Shown: one piece after another, positions 55,053 to 63,352 of the stretch
How positions within the stretch are numbered: the first letter of the stretch is position 1
Layout of the letters: every line of letters starts with the position of its first letter
Source of the DNA: an uncultured bacterium
Lineage (GTDB): Bacteria > Omnitrophota > Omnitrophia > Omnitrophales > Aquincolibacteriaceae
Direction: 5' to 3'
Assembly (NCBI GenBank): GCA_964606385.1
Contig: CAZSFZ010000003.1
Coordinates: 29,493-93,492, forward strand
Length of the DNA: 64,000 nucleotides
The notes under the pieces: model-generated
What the model saw: the letters and a program-made list of their open reading frames with translations, nothing else
What the model was told of the DNA's origin: nothing
The model's database searches: none
Translations under genes and position numbers: made by a program

Positions 55053-56510
55053 TTAACGTCCGGCTTGTCGAAGCGCCTGAACAAGCGCTTTCGCTTTGTG
55101 AAGGGTCTCTTCATATTCTTTTCCGGGGTCCGAATCATGAACGATCCCCGCCCCGACCTGGAGATGCCCTTTGCCTTTTTTCAGGATCAGGGTCCGGATC
55201 ACGATGTTCAGGTCCATGTCCCCGTGAAGGTCGATATACCCGAGGGAACCCGTATAAACACCGCGCCGCACGGGCTCCAGCTCGTCGATGATCTCCATGC
55301 AGCGGATCTTCGGGCACCCCGTGATCGTCCCGCCCGGGAACATCGCCCGGATCAGGTCGAAGGCACCCCTGTCTTTTTTGAGATGGCCCACGATCTTCGA
55401 GACGATATGCACCACATGAGAGTATTTTTCAAGCGTCATGAATTCCTCAACCTTCACGGAGCGGTAACCGCAAACGCGGCCGAGATCGTTCCGTTCAAGG
55501 TCCACAAGCATCAAGTGTTCCGACTTTTCTTTTTCATTCCGGAGAAGGTTCCGGCGCCACTCCGCCAGCTTGTTTGAGGAACGGCGGACGGGGCAGGTCC
55601 CCGCGATCGGACGGGTCTCGCAAAGCCGTCCTTTTTTCCGGACCAGCCGCTCCGGAGAAGAACTAACGATCTCCAGATCCCCTGTTTTGAGAAAACAGGA
55701 GAAAGGCGACGGATTGATCGAACGAAGTTTTCCGTAAAGCGCCAGCGGCGATCCCTGGTATCCGAACGAGAAACGCTGCGACAGGTTCGCCTGGTAGATA
55801 TCCCCGGCCGCGATATATTCTTTCGCCTTCTCCACCATGATTTTGAACCGTCGCCTCGTCATCTCCGCCGTAAATTTCTTCAACTTGAACTGCCGTTTTG
55901 TTTTCATGACGGGCTTTCCAAAATATGCTCTGAGCTTTTTCGATTCCCGTTCCCCGTTCCCCGTTCCCCGAACATTGATCACGACGTGATAAACACGTTT
56001 TCGGTGATCATAAACGATCACATCCCGGAAAAGGCCGAGATAAACCCGGGGGACGCGCGGATCGGGCTTGGCGCGGAACCGGATCTTGTCGCAAAGTTCG
56101 GCCGCCTCATACCCGAAATAACCCACCCACCCTCCCGTAAAAAAAGGGCGGCGTGGCGCTGCCGGAAGCCGGTATTTTTTAAAGAGCTTTTTGAGAACGG
56201 GAAAAAGGTCGCGCGCGGGATACCGTCCGCGACATTCGCCTTCTATGGAAAGAGACTCCCGGTCCAGCCGGATCTCGAGGGCCGGGTCCATCCCGATATA
56301 GGAATAAACCTGGTCCGGGGGCGCATATTGAGGAGAACCCTGACTTTTATTTTTTTTTAGAAAGTCAGGATTGCCCCAATTTCCTCGAAGAGGAAATTGA
56401 TTGGGGTCGGGACTATCCAGGAAAAAGCAGGCTTGGGAATCAGCGTGGACGGCTTGAAAGATCTCCCAAGGGGTTCGGGACGATCGGAAGGTTTCGATCA
56501 CAAAGGACAT
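55053..56510 (-). CDS. pabB: Aminodeoxychorismate synthase / anthranilate synthase component I family (chorismate-binding enzyme).
   Basis: The C-terminal chorismate-binding domain (FPGGTITGCPKIRCMEIIDELE...RGVYTGSLGY). It is coupled to pabC. It contains an in-frame (cgttcccc)x3 microsatellite at 55944-55970 that encodes ..GTGNGERE.. Confidence 0.8.
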   Translation of the reverse strand: MSFVIETFRSSRTPWEIFQAVHADSQACFFLDSPDPNQFPLRGNWGNPDFLKKNKSQGSPQYAPPDQVYSYIGMDPALEIRLDRESLSIEGECRGRYPARDLFPVLKKLFKKYRLPAAPRRPFFTGGWVGYFGYEAAELCDKIRFRAKPDPRVPRVYLGLFRDVIVYDHRKRVYHVVINVRGTGNGERESKKLRAYFGKPVMKTKRQFKLKKFTAEMTRRRFKIMVEKAKEYIAAGDIYQANLSQRFSFGYQGSPLALYGKLRSINPSPFSCFLKTGDLEIVSSSPERLVRKKGRLCETRPIAGTCPVRRSSNKLAEWRRNLLRNEKEKSEHLMLVDLERNDLGRVCGYRSVKVEEFMTLEKYSHVVHIVSKIVGHLKKDRGAFDLIRAMFPGGTITGCPKIRCMEIIDELEPVRRGVYTGSLGYIDLHGDMDLNIVIRTLILKKGKGHLQVGAGIVHDSDPGKEYEETLHKAKALVQALRQAGR

Positions 56511-56552
56511 GGGGCACCCAAGGAACCGCTGGGAATTCCGGAGATCTTTAAA

Positions 56553-57890
56553 TTATTCTTTATGCGAATAAAAAACAAGCCCGGTCGCGAGCTTGGGATA
56601 GAAATAGGTGGATTTCTGGGGCATGCGTTCGTTCACGGCGCCCATTTTTTCGAGCATATCGACCTTCGGCGGCTGTAAAAGAAACACCGCCTGGGCCTCG
56701 CCCTTTTGGAGCGGCGTGACCGCCCCGTCCACCGTGTGCTCAAAGCGGAGAACCGATTCCCACCGGTCTTCCTTGAGCCCGAGCAGTTCGGAGAAGATCA
56801 GGTGCGCGAGAACGTTCACGTTCAGGTCATACCACACATCCGGTTTCCCCTGGATCATCCGTTCTTTGGCCTTTTCCTTGTCGATCATGGTGAGGAGGAA
56901 ACATCCTTCGTCGAGCACGAGCCCGAACACCCGGCCTTCCTGGTCGTAAGAAGCGGTCATTTCCTTCAATTGATTGAGGGAAACTTTTTCCACTTTGAAA
57001 TATTCGCTCAAACGGCGGATCGCTTCGCCTCCGGTCATCCCGAGCTTGGTCATGATCCGGTGCGTCGGAAGCACGATGAACCCCGGATCATCAAAGCTCA
57101 CAAGCGCCATATACATGTAATCGAAAGGAAACAGCACGAGATCCGACAAACATCCTTCCTCCCGTTGTTGTCTCGCGTATTCAAGCGCCGTCTCGTAGCG
57201 GTGGTGCCCGTCGGCGATATAGACCTTCTTGGATTGAAGCGCCTTGTGAAGTTTGGCAAGAATATCCGGATCTTCGATCGCCCAAAGAGTGTGGACGATC
57301 TTGTCATCATCCTCCGCCTCAAAAAGCGGGCTGGAGTTCATCGGATCCTGGATGATGCTCCGGACTTCGAAGCCTTTATCCTTATAAAGACCGAAGACCG
57401 GAGAAAAATTGGTCTGCACGGTCCGGAGAAGCTTCATGCGGTCTTCTTTGGGGCCGCGGAGCGTCTTCTCGTGCGGGACGATGATCCCTTTTTCAAAAGG
57501 CTCGAGGCGAACGCGCCCCAACAAAGCGAACCGGTTCTTGACGACCTGGCTGACGGGGTCCTTGAAAGTCTGCCGGTACACATAAAAACAGGGCTCTTTT
57601 TCCTGAACAAGAACGCCTTTTTTTTGCCATTCCTGGAACGTATCGCGGGCGCGCGTGTAGGCGTTATTCTGGTCGGTATCCGCCGGATCTTTTTTGTTCA
57701 GGATCAGCCGGATACAATTGAAAGGGGAGTTTTCATAAAGCTTCTGCTGCTTTTCGGCCGAGATGACGTCGTAGGGCGGCGCCAGCACGGAGGCCGCCTT
57801 GACGCGCGAAGGGTCATAGCGCCAAGCCTTGAACGGCTGGAAATCCAGATGTTTGGTGGAAGTGCGGGAACCGCGTTGGTCAATGGTCAT
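56553..57890 (-). CDS. DUF1015 domain-containing protein.
   Basis: A ~445-aa protein with an N-terminal F.PFKAWRYDP segment, APPYD, ADGHHRYETAL and a C-terminal ..TYFYPKLATGLV, all typical of the DUF1015 family. Confidence 0.7.
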   Translation of the reverse strand: MTIDQRGSRTSTKHLDFQPFKAWRYDPSRVKAASVLAPPYDVISAEKQQKLYENSPFNCIRLILNKKDPADTDQNNAYTRARDTFQEWQKKGVLVQEKEPCFYVYRQTFKDPVSQVVKNRFALLGRVRLEPFEKGIIVPHEKTLRGPKEDRMKLLRTVQTNFSPVFGLYKDKGFEVRSIIQDPMNSSPLFEAEDDDKIVHTLWAIEDPDILAKLHKALQSKKVYIADGHHRYETALEYARQQREEGCLSDLVLFPFDYMYMALVSFDDPGFIVLPTHRIMTKLGMTGGEAIRRLSEYFKVEKVSLNQLKEMTASYDQEGRVFGLVLDEGCFLLTMIDKEKAKERMIQGKPDVWYDLNVNVLAHLIFSELLGLKEDRWESVLRFEHTVDGAVTPLQKGEAQAVFLLQPPKVDMLEKMGAVNERMPQKSTYFYPKLATGLVFYSHKE

Positions 57891-57987
57891 AGGGTCGGAA
57901 TCTTAACACAGCGTATGTTCTTTGACAAGAACATGCCGAGGAAACTGGCCGCGACTCACGGATCGTTCGCCGTTCTCCGGTTTTTAA

Positions 57988-58308
57988 CTATTTCACCTTC
58001 GCGCCGTCCGCGATGGGCCGTTCGGGACAAACCAGCGTTAGCGTTGTCGCGTCGGAAGCGGCAAGAAGCATTCCGTTGGACTCCACCCCGCGGATCACCA
58101 CAGGGTCCAGGTTGTCGATAATGACGATCTTCTTGCCTTTCAACTGTTCTTCGGTGTAGTGGGCCCGGATCCCCGCTACGATCTGCTTGCGGACCTCGCC
58201 CACCTTGATACCGAGCACATAAAGGCGGTCCGCGTTCGGGTGCGCCGCGACGGTCTCAATTTCAGCTACTTTGATATCTAATTTCTGGAAATCTTCATAG
58301 GAAGCCAT
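57988..58308 (-). CDS. tRNA-binding protein (CsaA/Trbp111, Myf/EMAP-like OB-fold domain).
   Basis: FQKLDIKVAEIETVAAHPNADRLYVLGIKVGEVRKQIVAGIRAHYT..IIDNLDPVVIRGVESNGML is the tRNA-binding OB-fold. The start at MASYED (58308) has a GGGGGA RBS. Confidence 0.7.
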   Translation of the reverse strand: MASYEDFQKLDIKVAEIETVAAHPNADRLYVLGIKVGEVRKQIVAGIRAHYTEEQLKGKKIVIIDNLDPVVIRGVESNGMLLAASDATTLTLVCPERPIADGAKVK

Positions 58309-58614
58309 ACATCCCCCATTTTCTTGAAAATAAAGTGCTTGTGAGCGAGCGAATGGGCGACATTCTAGCATAAAATCCAAACAGACCAATGGCTGATAGC
58401 TCATCGCCTATAGTCAAAAGTTTTTAAGCAATGGGCTATTTAATAGAGGTCACAGTCTATTTTTTTCGGATTATCGGACGTATCTGATGTAACTTTTTAT
58501 CTCTAAAACGCTTAGAAACGCCTTCTTTCGCTTGATTTTCGAAAGCTTGCTGATATGATATCGACCCTCGGCTTTAAATCCTATCGTCTTCATATAAATC
58601 AACAGGAGGAATCA

Positions 58615-59730
58615 ATGGGCAAGATCAAGATCGCTATTGTGGGGACCGGCAATTGCGCGGCATCCCTCGTCCAAGGGCTCGAACACTACCGGGCTCTCGC
58701 CAGCCAGAAGCCGTCCAAGAACAAACCTATCGAATGGTTTGGCCTCATGAACTATGACATGGGCGGTTACTTCCCCCAGGATATCGAGGTCGTGGCGGCA
58801 TTTGATATTGATAAGCGCAAAGTGGGCGAACGCCTGGATGTGGCTCTTGCCGCAAAACCCAACTGCGTGTGGAGCATCGGTCCGGTCCCCAAAAGCAAGG
58901 TTAAGGTCGAAATGGGTAATGTTCTGGACGGCGTTTCCGAGCATATGGCCAACTATAAGGAAGACCGCACTTTTGTCGTCTCTGACAGGAAACCGTGCAA
59001 CGTCGAGAAGGTCTTGAGGGAAAGCGGCGCCGAGATTCTGATCAATTACCTCCCGGTCGGTTCTCAGAAGGCCACGGAATTCTATGCCGAAGCCTGCCTG
59101 AAAACGGGCGTCAGCCTCATCAACTGCATGCCGGTCTTCATCGTCTCCAATCCGGCTTGGGCGAAACGTTTTGAAGCGAAGCGTATCCCTTGCGTCGGCG
59201 ATGATATCAAGGCCCAGATCGGCGCGACGGTCACGCACCGCACGCTCGCGAAGCTTTTCATGGACCGCGGCGTACGGATCGACCGCACTTACCAGCTCAA
59301 TACCGGCGGCAACACGGACTTCTTGAACATGCTCAACCGCGCCCGCCTGGAATCCAAGAAGATCTCCAAGACCTCCGCGGTGCAAAGCCAGCTGGATGTG
59401 CCGCTCGATGAGGACAATATCCACATCGGCCCTTCGGATTATGTTCCCTGGCAGAATGATAACAAGGTCTGCTACCTGCGCATCGAAGGCCGCGGATTCG
59501 GGGGCTTCCCTGTCACGGCGGAAATGCGCCTCTCCGTCGAAGATTCTCCGAATAGCGCCGGCTGCTCCATTGACGCCATCCGGGCCTGCAAGATCGCCCG
59601 CGACCGCAAGATCGGCGGGCCGCTCATCTCCATGTCCGCTTACACGATGAAGCATCCGCCCAAACAGATCGTGGACTACGAAGCCAAAGAACTGGTCCGT
59701 AAGTTCATCCAGGGCACCTGCCCCCGGTAA
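58615..59730 (+). CDS. ino1: Inositol-3-phosphate synthase (myo-inositol-1-phosphate synthase), archaeal/bacterial short form.
   Basis: KIKIAIVGTGNCAASLVQG (NAD fold), about 370 aa, C-terminal MIPS catalytic blocks (NTGGNTDFLNMLNR, SKKISKTSAV). An AGGAGGA RBS lies upstream of the ATG at 58615. Confidence 0.8.
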   Translation: MGKIKIAIVGTGNCAASLVQGLEHYRALASQKPSKNKPIEWFGLMNYDMGGYFPQDIEVVAAFDIDKRKVGERLDVALAAKPNCVWSIGPVPKSKVKVEMGNVLDGVSEHMANYKEDRTFVVSDRKPCNVEKVLRESGAEILINYLPVGSQKATEFYAEACLKTGVSLINCMPVFIVSNPAWAKRFEAKRIPCVGDDIKAQIGATVTHRTLAKLFMDRGVRIDRTYQLNTGGNTDFLNMLNRARLESKKISKTSAVQSQLDVPLDEDNIHIGPSDYVPWQNDNKVCYLRIEGRGFGGFPVTAEMRLSVEDSPNSAGCSIDAIRACKIARDRKIGGPLISMSAYTMKHPPKQIVDYEAKELVRKFIQGTCPR

Positions 59731-59735
59731 CGGCC

Positions 59736-60332
59736 ATGTCCTTGCGCGAAACGGTTTATCCCAAAGTCGAACCGATCGCCAATGCGATCGTCTCTTTTTT
59801 GAAGGAGCAGGGTATTTCTCCGATGCAGTTGACGCTCGGAGGCGCAGCGCTCAGCCTCCTAACAGGCGTCATCTACGCGAAGGGTTATCTTTTCCTCGGC
59901 GGCGTGATGCTTTTCATCGCGGGAGCGGCCGATCTGCTCGACGGCCTGCTCGCGCGCACGACCGGCAAGACAAGCCTTTTCGGCGCCTTTCTCGACTCGG
60001 TCGTCGACCGCTACTCGGATTTTTTTGTTTTTGGAGGGCTCGCAGTTTACTTTGCTCGTAACAGCGAGATATTCTGGTTCCTCGTCACGCTTGGGATCAT
60101 CCTTGGTTCTTTCGCGGTCAGCTACACCAAGGCGCGGGCCGAGAATTTTATTAAAAATTGCGGTATCGGCGTCTTCGGAAGGTCGGAAAGAGTTTGCCTT
60201 TTGATCATCGGAACTCTGGTTTGGCCGCTCCTGAAGCTTGTGTTGCTCGTCCTGCTGGTGGGCACACACGCTACGGCCGTCCAACGGATCCTTCACACGA
60301 GAAAGACCCTCGCCGAAAACCCCCAAGGTTAA
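59736..60332 (+). CDS. CDP-alcohol phosphatidyltransferase family protein. Adjacent to MIPS, it is probably a phosphatidylinositol-phosphate synthase-like enzyme.
   Basis: The CDP-OH transferase motif D-x2-DG-x2-AR...G-x3-D-x3-D appears as AADLLDGLLARTTGKTSLFGAFLDSVVDRYSD. It is a multi-TM protein and is coupled to the MIPS gene. Confidence 0.8.
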   Translation: MSLRETVYPKVEPIANAIVSFLKEQGISPMQLTLGGAALSLLTGVIYAKGYLFLGGVMLFIAGAADLLDGLLARTTGKTSLFGAFLDSVVDRYSDFFVFGGLAVYFARNSEIFWFLVTLGIILGSFAVSYTKARAENFIKNCGIGVFGRSERVCLLIIGTLVWPLLKLVLLVLLVGTHATAVQRILHTRKTLAENPQG

Positions 60333-61532
60333 ATGAACGCGCTGCGTTCCTTTTCCGGGGTATTCCTCCTGGCGGTCCTTCTGGGCCTTCCTCCCGTCTT
60401 CGCGGCTGAAACAGCCCCAAACCGGGAGCTTGAGGGCATCCTTCAGAAGATCGAGTCCCGGCATTACCGCTGGATCGGGCTTCGCGCCGACGTGCTCCTT
60501 TTTTTCGCCAAGACCGGGGACCCGAACGCGATGTGCGGCGGGGAACTTTTGTACCAGCGGCTCGACGAGCGCATGTTCCTCACCTGCGTGGACGCCCAAC
60601 AACAGCTGATGTTCATATTCCGGATGTTTGACCGCCGCTTCGATCTTTACCTCCCCTCCCAAAATACGGTCTATCACGGATCCATCTTTGATATGGAGGA
60701 CTCTCCGGACATCGAAAGCCATCTCAAGGCCCGCGACCTTTACCGCGCGCTCAAACCGATGGCGGTCGATCCCCGCCGGGCGAAAGTCGAGCGGACGAAT
60801 GACGCGATCACGAGCCTGGACGTTTATGGCCGGAACGAGGACGAGGGAAAACTCGTGAGAAAACTCTACCTGACCCCGGAAGGCGACGTGCGCGGCGAGC
60901 TTTTTTATGACTCCAAAGGACGCCCGATGACGGAGATCCAGCGTTATGATTTCCGGGAGATCAAGGGCCAGGCCGGGTCCTATGACTCCATCATCTTCCC
61001 GAAGAAGATCACGATCACATCCCCCGAAACAAAAAAAGGAAGCGCGATATTCTTTAACCGGGTCAAGGCCCTGGATACGGTCGACCCTTTGGAATTCATG
61101 CTGAGGTTCCCGAGCAAGACCAAAGAAGTGTACCTGGATGAAAGAGACCCCCGCTTCGCGTCAAAATCTAAAGAAACGGCCGTCACCCAACCGCCGGTCC
61201 AGCAACAACCCGAAGTTTACCTAGCCACGCCGATCCCCAACGCTTCGCGTCCGAAAAGCAAAGAAACCGCTCCTAAATCGAAACCCAGGGAAAAGAAATC
61301 GAAGAAAGATCTGCCGCCGGCTCCCCGGGAAGAAAAAACAGAACCGAAGAGCGAGAAGCCTTCCGGATCTCCAGCCCCCGCGGCGGAGCCCGTAGCGACT
61401 GTCGTTTCAGAACCCGCGGAAGCGGATCTGGTGGTGGAGGATCGCGCGCCGGCCGTTCCGCTTTCAACCGCGGATGCCCAAACCACGCTTGATCCTTCCG
61501 TGGATCCTATGACGGAAATGGAAAAGCAGTAG
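60333..61532 (+). CDS. Secreted hypothetical protein (possible LolA-like lipoprotein-sorting fold) with a Pro/Lys/Glu-rich disordered C-terminal tail.
   Basis: The signal peptide is MNALRSFSGVFLLAVLLGLPPVFAAE. A globular ~260-aa region follows. The C-terminal ~110 aa are low complexity (PKSKETAPKSKPREKKSKK...). The start overlaps the upstream stop (TAAATG). Confidence 0.4.
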   Translation: MNALRSFSGVFLLAVLLGLPPVFAAETAPNRELEGILQKIESRHYRWIGLRADVLLFFAKTGDPNAMCGGELLYQRLDERMFLTCVDAQQQLMFIFRMFDRRFDLYLPSQNTVYHGSIFDMEDSPDIESHLKARDLYRALKPMAVDPRRAKVERTNDAITSLDVYGRNEDEGKLVRKLYLTPEGDVRGELFYDSKGRPMTEIQRYDFREIKGQAGSYDSIIFPKKITITSPETKKGSAIFFNRVKALDTVDPLEFMLRFPSKTKEVYLDERDPRFASKSKETAVTQPPVQQQPEVYLATPIPNASRPKSKETAPKSKPREKKSKKDLPPAPREEKTEPKSEKPSGSPAPAAEPVATVVSEPAEADLVVEDRAPAVPLSTADAQTTLDPSVDPMTEMEKQ

Positions 61533-61565
61533 GCCTTCCGGGAACGGGATCGAGGAAAGCAGTTC

Positions 61566-62558
61566 CTAGCGGAAAAACAGTTTGACCGTGGCGTAGGAGA
61601 TCGCCGCGATCACCGCGGAGCAAGGGATCGTCAGGACCCAGGCCCAAATGATCGTCCCGGCAACGCCCCATTTCACCGCGCTCATGCGCTTCAAGGACCC
61701 GACCCCCATGATCGCGCCCGTAATCGTGTGGGTCGTGCTCACCGGGATCCCCATCGAGGAAGAAATAAAAAGGGTCACCGCTGCGCCAGATTCGGCGCAA
61801 AAGCCATCCAGCGGGCGCAGTTTTGCGACCTTCTGTCCCATGGTCTTCACGATCCTCCATCCTCCGAACATGGTCCCTAACGCGATCGCCACATAGCATG
61901 AAAGACCGACCCAGATCGGAATATCGAATTCCTTGCCAAGCAGTCCCGCGCTGAAAAGAAGGCTCGCGATGATCCCCATGGTTTTTTGCGCGTCGTTGCC
62001 GCCGTGCCCCAGACTGTAAAGCGCCGCCGAGAGGAGCTGCCCCTTCCGGAAGAGATGATCGACCTTAAGCGGCGCCGTTTTCCGGAAGATCCAGTAAACC
62101 GCGATCCCGAAAACAACGCCAAGTAAAAGGCCCACGATCGGGGAAATAAAAATAAAAGCGACGGTCTTAATGATCCCGCTCCAGACCAGGGATTCCGGGC
62201 CTGTTTTTACGAGGGCCGACCCGACCAGGCCGCCGATCAAGGCATGCGAGGAGCTTGTCGGAAGACCGAAATACCAGGTGATGATGTTCCAAAGACAGGC
62301 GCCCATAAGCGTCCCGAAAATAATGTGGTTGTCCACGATGGCGATATCGATGATCCCTTTGCCCATGGTCTTCGCGACGTGATGTCCGAAAAAGAAAAAA
62401 GCGACGAGATTGAAAAAGGCCGCCCAGATGACCGCTTTTTGGGGAGAAAGCACACGGGTGGAAACGATCGTCGCGATCGAATTGGCAGAATCGTGGAAAC
62501 CGTTCAAAAAATCAAAAAGCAACGCGAGGAAGATCAGAAAAGCGATATAGGTCGTCAT
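61566..62558 (-). CDS. pitA: Inorganic phosphate transporter (PiT family).
   Basis: GFHDSANSIAT near the N-terminus and a repeated GHGGNDAQKTMG motif, which are hallmark PiT/PHO4 signatures. About 10 TM segments. Confidence 0.9.
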   Translation of the reverse strand: MTTYIAFLIFLALLFDFLNGFHDSANSIATIVSTRVLSPQKAVIWAAFFNLVAFFFFGHHVAKTMGKGIIDIAIVDNHIIFGTLMGACLWNIITWYFGLPTSSSHALIGGLVGSALVKTGPESLVWSGIIKTVAFIFISPIVGLLLGVVFGIAVYWIFRKTAPLKVDHLFRKGQLLSAALYSLGHGGNDAQKTMGIIASLLFSAGLLGKEFDIPIWVGLSCYVAIALGTMFGGWRIVKTMGQKVAKLRPLDGFCAESGAAVTLFISSSMGIPVSTTHTITGAIMGVGSLKRMSAVKWGVAGTIIWAWVLTIPCSAVIAAISYATVKLFFR

Positions 62559-62569
62559 GTTCTTCGGGC

Positions 62570-63202
62570 TTAAGCGTGCTTCACGAGAATGGATTCGACC
62601 ACGTGCACGGCATCTTCACAGATGTCCAGGACCGTTTCGGCATCCTGGTAAATATCTTTCCATTTCACGACCGCGACGGGATCTTTGCTGTATTTTTCGA
62701 AAAGCTCTCCCAGCATGTCATCGCGCATCTTGTCGCCGAGATTCTCGAGGTTGTTGACCTCAATACAGGCTTTCAGGATCTCCTTGCTTTGTTTCATATC
62801 CCGGAGGCCTTTGACCGCCTGCGAAACGCCTTTGACGGACATTTCAATCACCCGCGCGAATTCCGAAAGATTTCTCTCCATGCTCAGGATCTTGTAAACG
62901 CGAAGCCGCTTGGTGATGGTGTAGAGCATATCGATGATATCATCCATCTCTTTAGCCAGATCATGGATGTCTTCCCGATCAAAAGGCGTGATGAAGGTAT
63001 TATTCAGCTGGTCCATGATCTGGTGCGACACCTCATCGCCAAGATGCTCGATCTCCTTCATGATCCCGACTTCAACTTCAGACACTTTATAATCGGCCAC
63101 CGTTTTCGCGAAATGGGTCGCGGCTTGCACCGCGTAATCCGCCTGCTTGTCAAAAAGATCGAAGAAGCTGGTTTCTTTAGGAAGAAGGAACCCGAATGCC
63201 AT
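62570..63202 (-). CDS. DUF47 (TIGR00153, PhoU-like) protein, the usual partner of PiT transporters.
   Basis: A ~210-aa helical protein immediately upstream of, and co-directional with, the PiT gene. The family-typical start is MAFGFLLPKETSFFDLFDKQ. Confidence 0.8.
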   Translation of the reverse strand: MAFGFLLPKETSFFDLFDKQADYAVQAATHFAKTVADYKVSEVEVGIMKEIEHLGDEVSHQIMDQLNNTFITPFDREDIHDLAKEMDDIIDMLYTITKRLRVYKILSMERNLSEFARVIEMSVKGVSQAVKGLRDMKQSKEILKACIEVNNLENLGDKMRDDMLGELFEKYSKDPVAVVKWKDIYQDAETVLDICEDAVHVVESILVKHA

Positions 63203-63352
63203 AGTGATCTCCTTTACAAGTTCAAAAACTTTAAGAAGGTTGGAGGGAGCGCGTTGGACTCCACAGGGAAAATATTTTAAGAGAACTAAAAACCGTGGGT
63301 ATGGTACTTGCCCGAATCCCGTTCGTAAAGCGAAAAAACCTCGGGTGCAGGC

